Source of the DNA: an uncultured Chloroflexia bacterium
GTDB taxonomy: Bacteria > Chloroflexota > Limnocylindria > Limnocylindrales > CSP1-4
Length of the DNA: 64,000 bases
NCBI GenBank assembly: GCA_963703155.1
Contig: OY969796.1
Coordinates: forward strand, 3,350,151 to 3,414,150
Direction: 5' to 3'
The translations under genes were made by a program, and so were the position numbers. Numbering within the stretch: the first letter of the stretch is position 1; each line of letters begins with the position of its first letter. Shown here in pieces: positions 38,835 to 48,184 of this stretch. The notes under the pieces are model-generated. The model did not search any database, was not told the origin of the DNA, and worked only from the letters and a program-made list of their open reading frames with translations.

Positions 38835-40844
38835 CTAGGACCTCGATCCCCTGGCGCCGAGCCGACCGATCTCCTCGACGATGGCCGGGTTCTCGAGGGA
38901 CGAGAGATCGCCGGCGTCGAGCCCCAGCCAGGCCGATCGCGCAACGCGCCGCATGACCTTGCCAGAGCGGGTCTTGGGCAGCGCGGTCACGACCTCGACC
39001 CGCTCGGGGCGGAGCGTCTTGCCGAGGCTGAAGGTGACGCCGTCGGCGATCTCGCGGAGCAGGTCGGGGTCGGGCGTCACGCCGGGCCGCAGAACGCACA
39101 GGACAACGATGACCTCCCCCTTGACCGGGTCGGGCACGCCGATCGCTGCGGCCTCGATCACCGCGTGGTGGACCGACGCTGCCCCCTCCACCTCGGCCGG
39201 CCCGACCCGCTTGCCCGCCACCTTGAGCGTGTCGTCCGAGCGGCCGTGGATGTACCAGTAGCCGTCGGCGTCGATCTCAGCCCAGTCTCCGTGCAGCCAG
39301 ACGCCGGGCAGGCGCGCCCAGTAGCTGGCGAGGTACCGGTCGCGGTCGTGCCAGAAGCCGCGGGTCATGCCAGGCCACGGCGCCCGGATCGCCAGCTCGC
39401 CGTAGGCACGCCGAACCGGCGCGCCGTCCGGGGCCACCACATCGGCGGCCATGCCGATGCTCGGCCCGCTGAACGAGGCGGGCTTGATGGGCGTGAGCAG
39501 GTTGCAGGCGACGATCCCGCCGCTGACCTCGGTCCCGCCGCTGTAGTTGATCACCGGGCAGCGACCGCCGCCGACCTCGCGGAAGTACCACCACCACGGC
39601 TCGTCGTTCCACGGCTCGCCGGTGGAGCCCAGCACGCGCAGCGAACCGAGGTCGTGGCCTCGGACCGGCTCGGTGCCGTGGGCCATGAGCGCCCGCACAA
39701 GCGTTGGGGAGATGCCGAGGTGGCTCACGCGATGACGCTCAACGATGGCCCACATCCGGTCGGGGCCGGGATGGTCGGGCGCGCCCTCGTAGATCACCAG
39801 CCGGGCCCCGAGGAGCAGCGCCCCGGAGATGGCCCACGGTCCCATCATCCAGCCCAAGTCGGTGTACCAGAACAGGGTGTCGCCGGGCCCGAGGTCGAAA
39901 TTGTGGGCGAGGTCCTGGGCGCCCTTGACCGGGAAGCCTCCGTGGACGTGGACCGCCGCCTTCGGCCGCCCCGTGGTGCCCGAGGTGTAGATGAGCATGT
40001 AGGGCGCCTCGGGGTCGGTCTGGGCGCGGGGTGCGGGAATTGTCTCCGCGGGGACATCCGGGAGCGCCTCGTCCCACCAGCGGTCCCGCTCGGAATCCCA
40101 CGAGACCTCGCCTGCACGATCGCCGAGCCGCCGGACGACGATGACGCGCCGCACGCTCGGGGCGTCGGCCAGCGCCGCATCGGCGACCTCCTTGAGGCGG
40201 ACCGGCCTGCCGCGGCGGAGGAAGCCGTCGGCGGTGATCAGGACGCTCGCCTCGCAGTCGGAAAGGCGGCTCGCGATCGCCGGCGCGCCATACCCCGAGA
40301 AGATCGGCGTGAAGATCGCCCGGAGCCGGCCGAGCGCGAGGACCGCGACGACGGTCTCGACCAGCATCGGCAGCAGGATGCCGACCCGATCTCCCGCGCC
40401 GACGCCCTGGCGCGCGAGCATCGTCGCGGCCGCGTCCACCGCGCGCAACAACTCTGCGTTGGTCAGCTGCCGAACATCGCCGTCCTCGCCCTCCCAGATG
40501 AGCGCGATCCCGTCGGGATCGGCCGTCGCGCGGGGCTCGAGCGCCGCGGTCGCGTAGTTGAACGACCCGCCGCCCCACCACCGGGCGAACTCGGGCCCAT
40601 CGCTCGTGTCGAGCACCGACGTCGGACGCCGATCCCAGGCAAGGCCGAGGTCGCTGGCAGCGGCGCCCCAGAACCACGCCGGGTCGGCCACGGCGTGCCG
40701 CTGCAGGGCGTTAAGCGAGGGCTCCCTGACCTCGCGCAGGAACCGGGCCAGCCGGCTCGTCGCCAGCTGCTCAGCGCTCGGGCGCCAGGCGGCGCCGGGG
40801 ACGTCGCGGCCGAACATCGGCTCCTCGTCGGGCGGCCGGGCCAT
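38835..40844 (-). CDS. Acetate/short-chain acyl-CoA ligase (AMP-binding, Acs-like)
   Basis: YTSGTTGRPK, GSTGEP, YSGGTE, HGDWA, GRSDDTLKVAGKR and LPKTRSGKVMRR. Confidence 0.92.
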   Translation of the reverse strand: MARPPDEEPMFGRDVPGAAWRPSAEQLATSRLARFLREVREPSLNALQRHAVADPAWFWGAAASDLGLAWDRRPTSVLDTSDGPEFARWWGGGSFNYATAALEPRATADPDGIALIWEGEDGDVRQLTNAELLRAVDAAATMLARQGVGAGDRVGILLPMLVETVVAVLALGRLRAIFTPIFSGYGAPAIASRLSDCEASVLITADGFLRRGRPVRLKEVADAALADAPSVRRVIVVRRLGDRAGEVSWDSERDRWWDEALPDVPAETIPAPRAQTDPEAPYMLIYTSGTTGRPKAAVHVHGGFPVKGAQDLAHNFDLGPGDTLFWYTDLGWMMGPWAISGALLLGARLVIYEGAPDHPGPDRMWAIVERHRVSHLGISPTLVRALMAHGTEPVRGHDLGSLRVLGSTGEPWNDEPWWWYFREVGGGRCPVINYSGGTEVSGGIVACNLLTPIKPASFSGPSIGMAADVVAPDGAPVRRAYGELAIRAPWPGMTRGFWHDRDRYLASYWARLPGVWLHGDWAEIDADGYWYIHGRSDDTLKVAGKRVGPAEVEGAASVHHAVIEAAAIGVPDPVKGEVIVVLCVLRPGVTPDPDLLREIADGVTFSLGKTLRPERVEVVTALPKTRSGKVMRRVARSAWLGLDAGDLSSLENPAIVEEIGRLGARGSRS

Positions 40845-41216
40845 CAGCCGACGCCTCCCGCCCGGGAGCGCCGGCCGTGCAGGGCCGCGCTGGGCCCGCC
40901 GACTCGACCTCGACCCCCGCGCGGCCCCCCGGCGACGCGAGCCGGCTCGCCGGGTGAGCCCAATCGCCGCGTCCTCGGCCTGGCTTGCCGGCTGGCGAGC
41001 GGCAGGCGCGGCGCGGCGTGCGGGCTGCTCTCCAAGCGATCCGGCTGCTCGCCAGCGCGTGCGTTTCGCCCGCGACGCGAGCGGCGGTCCTGCGCGAGGC
41101 CTTCGGCTCGGCTCCGGTCATGCTCAACCTGCGCTCGCATGGGCTCCATTGTCGTCAGAGTGCGGGAGCCGTCCACCGCCTGCCGATTTCGCCTGCCCCG
41201 AGCGCACAATGGCCCC

Positions 41217-41663
41217 ATGGACCCCTTCGACCTCGAGCGCTTCGTCGGTGCCCAGCGGGGCGGCTACGACGGCATCCTCCGCGAGCTGCGCGCCGCGCGC
41301 AAGACCGGCCACTGGATGTGGTTCGTGTTCCCGCAGGTCGTCGGCCTGGGCATGACGTGGATGTCACGGCACTACGCGATCCGATCGCTCGACGAAGCGC
41401 GGGCCTACCTCGCGCACCCGGTCCTGGGTCCGCGGCTTCGCGAGTGCGCGGACGCCGTCCTGGCGGCTCCCCGCGTCGCCACGGCCGAGTCGATCCTGGG
41501 GGGCATCGACGCGATGAAGCTCCGCTCCTCGATGACGCTGTTCGTTCGCGCCGCCCCCGACGAGCCGCGCTGGCAGCACGTCCTCGACCGCTTCTACGAC
41601 GGCGTCCCTGATCGGCTCACCGACGAGATTCTGGGCGGCGGCGGGATGTTGTCTCACCGGTGA
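41217..41663 (+). CDS. DUF1810-family protein
   Basis: MDPFDLERFVGAQ, GHWMWFVFPQ, YLAHPVLGPRL and DAMKLRSSMTLF. Confidence 0.9.
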   Translation: MDPFDLERFVGAQRGGYDGILRELRAARKTGHWMWFVFPQVVGLGMTWMSRHYAIRSLDEARAYLAHPVLGPRLRECADAVLAAPRVATAESILGGIDAMKLRSSMTLFVRAAPDEPRWQHVLDRFYDGVPDRLTDEILGGGGMLSHR

Positions 41664-41805
41664 TCCACGTGCCGTTCGACGATGCGGCAGCGCGTCTTCG
41701 CCCTGGTGGCTGGCGGTCGGCGGCGGTGTGGCAGGAAGGGAGCGTGAACCGGCCGGAGCACCGCCGCCGGCAGATCGCCGCGGCCCTCCGTTACACTCCG
41801 GGCCA

Positions 41806-42825
41806 ATGACCACCGAGCTTCTCCCCTCCCCGGCCCCCGTCCAGGCGCCCATGCCGCGCCCGCGGATCTTCTCGGGCATCCAGCCGTCCGGCATCGTCCA
41901 TCTCGGGAACGACCTGGGCGCGATCCGCAACTACGTGATGCTCCAGTGGGAGTACGAGGCGATCTACTGCATCGTCGACTACCACGCCCTCACGAGCACC
42001 CACGACCCGGTGGCCATGCGCCAGCGGACCCGCGAGATGGCCGCCAGCCTGCTGGCGCTGGGCCTGGACCCGGACCGCTGCACGCTGTTCGTCCAGAGCC
42101 ATCGCCCGGAGCACACCGAGCTGATGTGGCTGTTCGCCACCGTGACGCCGGTGAGCTGGCTCGAGCGGACGCCGACCTACAAGGAGAAGAAGCAGAACCA
42201 GCCGGACGACATCAACCACGGGCTGCTCACCTACCCGGTCCTCCAGGCCGCCGACATCGCGATCTACAAGGCCGGGCTCGTCCCGGTGGGCAAGGACCAG
42301 GCGGCGCACCTGGAGCTCTCGCGGGAGATCGTCCGCGCCTTCAACAACCGGTACGGGGAGACGTTCCCGGAGGCCGAGGCGGTCTACACCGAGGCGCCCG
42401 TCGTGCTGGGCACCGACGGTGTCCGGAAGATGAGCAAGTCCGTCGGGAACACCATCGAGATCCTTGGCTCGCCGGAGGAGATCCGCAAGCAGGTGATGTC
42501 GATGGTGACCGACACGAAGCGGATCCTGCGGACCGATCCCGGGCGCCCCGAGGTCTGCAACGTGTGCCAGATGCACCAATTCTTCGGCGATGACTGGGAG
42601 GAGATCCAGGACGGCGAGCGCACCGCGCGGACTGGCTGCGTGGACACCAAGAAGCTGCTCGCCGCGCGGATCATCGAGCACTACGCGCCCGCCCGGGAGC
42701 GCTATGCCGAGCTGATGGCGCATCCCGCCGAGATCGACGGGATCCTAGAAGCAGGCGCCGACCGCCTCGAGCCGCTCGCCCGGGCGACGATGGACGAGGT
42801 CCGCACCAAGATGGGCCTCCGCTAG
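41806..42825 (+). CDS. trpS: Tryptophan--tRNA ligase
   Basis: FSGIQPSGIVHLGN (HIGH-like), YPVLQAADI, VPVGKDQ and KMSKS. Confidence 0.96.
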   Translation: MTTELLPSPAPVQAPMPRPRIFSGIQPSGIVHLGNDLGAIRNYVMLQWEYEAIYCIVDYHALTSTHDPVAMRQRTREMAASLLALGLDPDRCTLFVQSHRPEHTELMWLFATVTPVSWLERTPTYKEKKQNQPDDINHGLLTYPVLQAADIAIYKAGLVPVGKDQAAHLELSREIVRAFNNRYGETFPEAEAVYTEAPVVLGTDGVRKMSKSVGNTIEILGSPEEIRKQVMSMVTDTKRILRTDPGRPEVCNVCQMHQFFGDDWEEIQDGERTARTGCVDTKKLLAARIIEHYAPARERYAELMAHPAEIDGILEAGADRLEPLARATMDEVRTKMGLR

Positions 42826-42886
42826 GAGCGACAGGCGGCCCCGCGGGCGGTCGAGGCGCGGCCGGCGAGCCCGCACGACCGCGACG

Positions 42887-43603
42887 TCAGCGGCCGGATC
42901 CCTTCAGGGTGCCCGTCAGCGGCCCGAGGTTGGGATCGGCCAGTGAGCACTGGACCCCGCGGTCGCCGCTGCTCCAGCTCGCCTCGCTCGGGAAGAAGTA
43001 GTAGTACGTGAGCGTCGTCTGGGCGGCGGTGGTGCCCACGTAGGTCTCGAACGCGGGCGTGCAGTTCTGGTCCGTCCAGTCGCTGAGCTGCGCCTCGGTC
43101 GGGTAGGTGTCGGCTGTGATGTCGCCCCGGTAGAAGACCTCGTAGTGGTGCGACTGCGCGCAGGGAACGGCGGTGGTCTTCTCGATGGTGGCGTTGGGGT
43201 CAGGGCTGAGCATGTCGTTCGGGAGGTCGAAGCAGTCGCCCACGAGGAGGTCGGCGGGCGCCATGTCGCCGGCCTTGTCGATCTGCCCGCTCGAGTTGCG
43301 GCCTGCATTGGAGACGAAGGCCACGACGGCGCCGATGACGACGATGACCACCAGGACCGCGAGCCGCGCCCCGATGTTCCCGATGATGCCCGCAGCGAGG
43401 GACCGCTTCGCGCTCACCCCCTGGCCCGGCACGGGCGCCCCAGGATAGCCGCCGGGAGCCGGCCCGCCCGCCACAGGAGGAGGCGGGGTCAAGACGTTGG
43501 CCTGGGTGACGACGCCACCCCGGATCATGCCGCAGGAGCGACACGAGACCGCGCCCTCGTCGTTCTGGGCGGAACACCGGCCGCAGGTCCAGCCGCTCGC
43601 CAT
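42887..43603 (-). CDS. Zn-ribbon + TM + septum-formation-family domain protein
   Basis: N-terminal WTCGRC...CRSC ribbon and one TM helix. The Cys-rich extracellular domain reads GDCFD...VPCAQSHHYEV...WSSGDRGVQC. Confidence 0.75.
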   Translation of the reverse strand: MASGWTCGRCSAQNDEGAVSCRSCGMIRGGVVTQANVLTPPPPVAGGPAPGGYPGAPVPGQGVSAKRSLAAGIIGNIGARLAVLVVIVVIGAVVAFVSNAGRNSSGQIDKAGDMAPADLLVGDCFDLPNDMLSPDPNATIEKTTAVPCAQSHHYEVFYRGDITADTYPTEAQLSDWTDQNCTPAFETYVGTTAAQTTLTYYYFFPSEASWSSGDRGVQCSLADPNLGPLTGTLKGSGR

Positions 43604-43835
43604 CGGGGTTCGCCTCCCTTGCCACGGGCGCGGCCCCACTCGACCCGCGCTGCGGCCAAGAATCGCCCTCGGGGAGCCGGTGTGCAAGGCCGAAGCGAGG
43701 GGCTCGTCCGGGGGGAGGGTGCGCGTGTCGAGGGCCGCCAACATGGTGCCAACCGTCAGTGCCGATGCGGCGCCGGGCAAGACGCCCAGCCGAAGCGATG
43801 AGCGCGGCGTGAGGCAGCCGTCGTAGGCTGTGGCC

Positions 43836-45143
43836 ATGCCAGTTGAGCTCTCCGAGCGGCAGCGCCGCCTCCTCGACGCAGCCCTTGTCCTTGCCGTCGT
43901 CGCGCTGGCCTTCGTGGTGGTCGCCGACGTCGCCAGCGTGCTGACGCTGTTCAGCGACGTCCTGCTCGTCTTCTTCCTCGCCTGGCTGCTCTCGTTCGCG
44001 ATCCTGCCGCTCATCAACCTGGTCAAGCGGCTGGTGCCCGGCCTGCCGGACATCGTGGCGGTGCTCCTGGTGTACCTGGTCGTCGTCGGGCTGCTGCTCG
44101 GCCTCCTGATCCAGGTCTCCAGCGTCCTGGCGTCGTCGATCGGCGCCCTGCCCAAGGACCAGCCCCTCTACGACCAGTTCGTGAAGCTGCTGACCGACGT
44201 GCAGGCGCGCCTCGTCGGAGTGGGCTTCCGGGTGGACCTCGTTGGCCAGGCGCCGGCGATCTGGGACACCATCAACCAATGGGCGGTCCAGCTCGTCGGG
44301 CCGCTCCAGCAGGTGGCCGTGGCCAGCATCGGCGTGCTGGGCAACGTGCTGATCATCACGATCCTCTCGGTGTACCTGGTCATCGACCGCGAGGAGGCCC
44401 TTGCCTTCGTCTACCGGCTGGTCCCGCCCGGAAGGACGCAGACCGCTCGCCTCGTCCAGACCAGCGTCGCCCGCTCCTTCGGCGGGTTCCTGCGCACGCA
44501 GCTGGTGATGGGCCTCGTGTTCGGCGTCCTGGCCGCGGTCGTCAACGCGGTGTTCGGCCTGCCCTACAGCAGCGTGACCTCGGTGGCGGCCGGCGTGCTG
44601 CACGCCATCCCGTTCTTCGGGCCCTTCCTCTCCTGGCTGCCGCCGGTGGCCGTGGCCCTGCTGTCGACGCAGTTCCCGACGCCGGTGATCGTCTTGGCGG
44701 TGATGGGCGTCGGCTGGTTCGCGACGATGAACATCCTCCAGCCGCGGCTCATGGCCGGGGCGGTCGGGATCCACCCGATCGTGGTCCTGGGTTCGGTGGT
44801 GGTCGGGTCGAAGCTGGCCGGCATTCCCGGGGCCATCTTCGGCATCCCCATCGCGGCGGTGCTCTCGGCGTTCTTCTTCCACTGGTTCGAGCGGTCGCGC
44901 GAGGGCGGCTCGGTGGCGGACCGCGCGACGAGGCGGCTCCAGGCGCGCGAGGGGCATCCGGTGCGACGGCCGCAGGAGCCGGTCCCGGGGCTGGACGAAG
45001 ACGTGGACGAAGTGCGCCGACGCCGCCAGGGGCAGGACACGGAGCCCATCGCGGCGGAGGACGATCCGGTGATCGCGGCCGCGGCTGGCATCGTTGCCAC
45101 CGTCACGCCGCCCGAGTCGGTAAGCGATCGGGGCTCCCGGTGA
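43836..45143 (+). CDS. AI-2E (PerM/YhhT) family transporter
   Basis: Multi-TM protein with IPFFGPFL, NILQPRLMAGAVGIHP and GIPGAIFGIPIAA. Confidence 0.92.
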   Translation: MPVELSERQRRLLDAALVLAVVALAFVVVADVASVLTLFSDVLLVFFLAWLLSFAILPLINLVKRLVPGLPDIVAVLLVYLVVVGLLLGLLIQVSSVLASSIGALPKDQPLYDQFVKLLTDVQARLVGVGFRVDLVGQAPAIWDTINQWAVQLVGPLQQVAVASIGVLGNVLIITILSVYLVIDREEALAFVYRLVPPGRTQTARLVQTSVARSFGGFLRTQLVMGLVFGVLAAVVNAVFGLPYSSVTSVAAGVLHAIPFFGPFLSWLPPVAVALLSTQFPTPVIVLAVMGVGWFATMNILQPRLMAGAVGIHPIVVLGSVVVGSKLAGIPGAIFGIPIAAVLSAFFFHWFERSREGGSVADRATRRLQAREGHPVRRPQEPVPGLDEDVDEVRRRRQGQDTEPIAAEDDPVIAAAAGIVATVTPPESVSDRGSR

Positions 45144-45168
45144 CGCTCGGCCCGACGCACCCCTGGCG

Positions 45169-46191
45169 ATGAGCGCCAACGACCCCGGCCGGCCGGAGAT
45201 GGCACGGGAGCGCGCCCGGACCGAGCGCCGCGACCTCGACAAGGAGCGCGGCGAGCCGCTGGCCGGCGCTCGGGGCGGCAAGCGCTCGCTCAAGCGGATG
45301 GGCAAGCCGCTCGACGCGTGGACGACCCGTCCGCGGATCCTCGTGACCAACGATGACGGGATCGAGTCGCACGGGATCCTCGCCCTCAAGCGGGCGCTCG
45401 AGCCGCTGGGCGACGTGATCGTCGTGGCGCCCGACTCCAACCAGTCGGCTGTGGGGCACCAGAAGACGCTGTCGCGCCCCCTCCGTGTCCGGGAGCGCAC
45501 GCTCCCCGACGGGTCCACCGGCTACGCGATCGACGGCTCGCCCACCGACGCGGTCAGCCTGGGCCTGCTGGGCTTCTTCGACGAGAAGTTCGACCTGGTC
45601 GCGTCGGGCATCAACTACGGCGCGAACCTCGGCGACGACCTCACCTACTCGGGCACGGTGTCGGCCGCGATGGAGGCGATCATCAACTCCACGCCCGCCT
45701 TCGCCATCTCGCAGGAGTACTCCGAGGAGGTGGACTTCACCCTCGCGGGCATCGCGGCGGCGATCGTGGGGCGCAACATCCTCGAGCACGGCCTGCGGCG
45801 CGGCGAGCTGCTCAACGTCAACGTGCCCGCGGTCAGCGTGGAGGAGTGCGGCGGCATCGAGGTGACGCGGCTCGGCCGGCGCGTGTACCAGGACCAGCTC
45901 ATCGCGCGGGTCGACCCGCGCGGGCTCCCCTACTACTGGATCGGCGGGCCGCCGCCGTCGGGGATCGCGCTGCCGGGGACCGACTTCGACGCCATCGTCA
46001 ACCGGCGCGTCTCGGTCACGCCGGTGCACCTGGACTTGACGGGGCGGCGCCTGCTGCGGGAGCTGCCGAAGTGGGACTGGGCGCTCGAGGCGTCGCCGAA
46101 GCAGCCGACGCCGGAGGACGCCGAGGCGCTTCGCCCCGCGCCGGCCGAGCGCGAGCGGTTCGCCGAGGAGACGAAGCTCGAGCGGCGGTAG
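45169..46191 (+). CDS. surE: 5'/3'-nucleotidase SurE with an N-terminal extension
   Basis: ILVTNDDG, VAPDSNQSAVG, GSPTDAV and SGINYGANLG...YSGTVSAA. Confidence 0.94.
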   Translation: MSANDPGRPEMARERARTERRDLDKERGEPLAGARGGKRSLKRMGKPLDAWTTRPRILVTNDDGIESHGILALKRALEPLGDVIVVAPDSNQSAVGHQKTLSRPLRVRERTLPDGSTGYAIDGSPTDAVSLGLLGFFDEKFDLVASGINYGANLGDDLTYSGTVSAAMEAIINSTPAFAISQEYSEEVDFTLAGIAAAIVGRNILEHGLRRGELLNVNVPAVSVEECGGIEVTRLGRRVYQDQLIARVDPRGLPYYWIGGPPPSGIALPGTDFDAIVNRRVSVTPVHLDLTGRRLLRELPKWDWALEASPKQPTPEDAEALRPAPAERERFAEETKLERR

Positions 46192-46216
46192 CGACCGTCA
46201 CTTCAGGCGCCATTCC

Positions 46217-46442
46217 GATGGTGGTCTGGCGCCACCAAAGTGACCAACATCGGTCCCGGGTGGCCTTCGATGGTGGTCCAGCGCCACCGAAGTGACCCGG
46301 GTGGCCGGCGATGGTGGCTCACTCCCACCAACTCGTGCGGAATGGTGGTCCGCGCCCACCATCGCGTGCGGATGGTGGCGCCCTGCCACCGAAATCGCCG
46401 TGTGATCCGTCGAGCCGGGCAATTTGGTGGTGCCAGACCACC
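46217..46442. repeat. Array of six GGTGG-N7-CCACC palindromes
   Basis: Sites start at 46220, 46272, 46313, 46344, 46374 and 46426, between the convergent surE and flavoprotein genes. Confidence 0.85.
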
Positions 46443-46494
46443 GCGAGTCGACGACCCTCAACGGCCCTCGCAAGGCGAGCAGGCCAACCTCGAG

Positions 46495-48183
46495 CTAGCG
46501 GCGCCGCTTCCTCCGGTCCGCGATGACCTCGCGCGCCGCGTTCCGGCCCGGGGCGCCCGTGACGCCGCCGCCGGGATGCGCGCCCGACCCAGCGAGGTAC
46601 AGCCCGCTCACCGGCATGCGGTAACGGGACCAGCCCAAGAGCGGCCGCCACAGCCAGAATGCGTCGAGCGCCGGCTCCACGTGCATCGGGTGGCCGCCGG
46701 TGAGCCCGAACTCGCGCTCGAGGTCGGCCGGCGTGAGCACCTGGCGGGCCGTGACGCGGGAGGAGATCCCGGGCGCCACGCTCTCGAGTGAGCGCAGGAC
46801 GGCGTCGCCCACGGCCTCGCGCTGTGTGTCCCACTCGGCGGCGGTCGGCGCAGACGGCATCCACTGGGCGATCACGCTCATCACGTGCGTGCCCTCGGGC
46901 GCACCCGCCACGAGCGACGGGTCCACCAGGGACGGGATCGTCGCCTCCAGGACCGGCTGCTCGGCGAACCGCCCGTACTTCGACGCGTCGAAGACGCGCT
47001 CCATCGCGTCGATCGAGGTCGTCCCCACCTGGATCCGGCCGCGCAGGAGTCGCGCGTCGCCCGCGGCCGCGGGGAACTCCGGCAAGCCCTCCAGCACGAG
47101 GTTGACCTTCGCCGACACGGCCGGGGTGCGGATGTTCCCCGCCCGCCAGCGCATGTTCGGCCCCACGGTGACCGGATCGACCAGCGAGGTCAGCAGGCGC
47201 TTGGGGTTGATGCCCGCCACCACCGTCGGCGCGGCGATCTCCTCGCCGGACTCCAGCACGACGCCCGTGACGACGCCGTCCGCGGTGGCCACCGACGCGA
47301 CGCGCGCGCCGGTCCGGATCTCCGCGCCGGCGAGCTTGGCAGCTGACGCGAGCGCCTCGGAGACGGCCGAGGGGCCGCCCTTGGCGAACACGGTCTCGCC
47401 GATGCCGCCGCTGTCCGTGCCGGCCGCGTCCGCGAGCAGGACCGACGTCGAGCCGGCCGACCACGGCCCCATCGCGGTGTGGCGGACGCCACGCCAGGCC
47501 GTGGTGGCGCGGATCGCCTCCGTCTCGAACGACTCGGCGACGAAGTCCGCGATGGCCATCGCGAGGACCCGCAGGATCGTGCGCCCGTCGTCGCGGCCCA
47601 TGCCGCGGAAGGCGCGCGCGAGGCGCAGGCCCATGAGCGCGTCGCCAGCGCCCGGGCCCTGGATGTCGGGCGGGGTCTCCTCGCCGATGTCCACGAGGAA
47701 CTTCGAGAGGGCGCGCACCCGCCGGTCGAACTCGACGAACGCGGTGGCGTCGTCGTCGGACCACGCGCGCAGCGACTCGACGCTCTTGCCCAGGTCGGCC
47801 CACAGCGTCACGGCACGGCCGTCGGGCTGGGGGGCGAAGACGCGGACCTCGGGCGAGACGAGCGCCATCCCGAAGCCGCCCAGGTCGAGGTCGCGGGCGA
47901 CTGCCGGGCGCAGCCGGCCAACGGTGTGGGCGAGCGTCGGCACGCGCACGCCGGGCGCGATCTCCTCGGTCACGGCCGCACCGCCGACGCGGTCGCGCGC
48001 CTCGAGCACCAGGACTCGCTGCCCTGCCCGCGCGAGGTACGCCGCGGCGGTCAGCCCGTTGTGGCCGGCGCCGACGACGATGACGTCATAGGCGACGCCA
48101 GTCGAAACCGGGGCCGTCGCGGTCGACGGGTCCGCCTTGGCCGGAGCCGGCGCGGGCGTGGTCGAAGTCGCAGTCGTGGTCAT
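46495..48183 (-). CDS. Phytoene-dehydrogenase-like FAD oxidoreductase (second of a pair)
   Basis: VVGAGHNGL, LEARDRVGGAAVTEE, PSLVDPSL and YLAGSGAHPGGGVTG. Confidence 0.88.
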   Translation of the reverse strand: MTTTATSTTPAPAPAKADPSTATAPVSTGVAYDVIVVGAGHNGLTAAAYLARAGQRVLVLEARDRVGGAAVTEEIAPGVRVPTLAHTVGRLRPAVARDLDLGGFGMALVSPEVRVFAPQPDGRAVTLWADLGKSVESLRAWSDDDATAFVEFDRRVRALSKFLVDIGEETPPDIQGPGAGDALMGLRLARAFRGMGRDDGRTILRVLAMAIADFVAESFETEAIRATTAWRGVRHTAMGPWSAGSTSVLLADAAGTDSGGIGETVFAKGGPSAVSEALASAAKLAGAEIRTGARVASVATADGVVTGVVLESGEEIAAPTVVAGINPKRLLTSLVDPVTVGPNMRWRAGNIRTPAVSAKVNLVLEGLPEFPAAAGDARLLRGRIQVGTTSIDAMERVFDASKYGRFAEQPVLEATIPSLVDPSLVAGAPEGTHVMSVIAQWMPSAPTAAEWDTQREAVGDAVLRSLESVAPGISSRVTARQVLTPADLEREFGLTGGHPMHVEPALDAFWLWRPLLGWSRYRMPVSGLYLAGSGAHPGGGVTGAPGRNAAREVIADRRKRRR

Positions 48184-48184
48184 G

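Noticed and set aside
40845-41200. ncRNA or repeat in the gap between the acyl-CoA ligase and DUF1810 genes
   Set aside because: The gap is GC-rich with many chance hairpins, but I found no reiterated motif or recognisable RNA family.
38400-41216. 1087-aa plus-strand ORF (38400-41663)
   Set aside because: It is mostly the antisense shadow of hom and the acyl-CoA ligase. Only the last 148 codons (DUF1810) look like real protein.
41664-41805. T-box leader upstream of trpS
   Set aside because: There is no T-box consensus (GGTGGNACCGCG-like) and no terminator, and a -10 hexamer lies 8 nt before the ATG.
46217-46442. CRISPR array
   Set aside because: The units are only 17-bp palindromes with variable centres, the gaps are 13-35 bp and uneven, and there are no cas genes.
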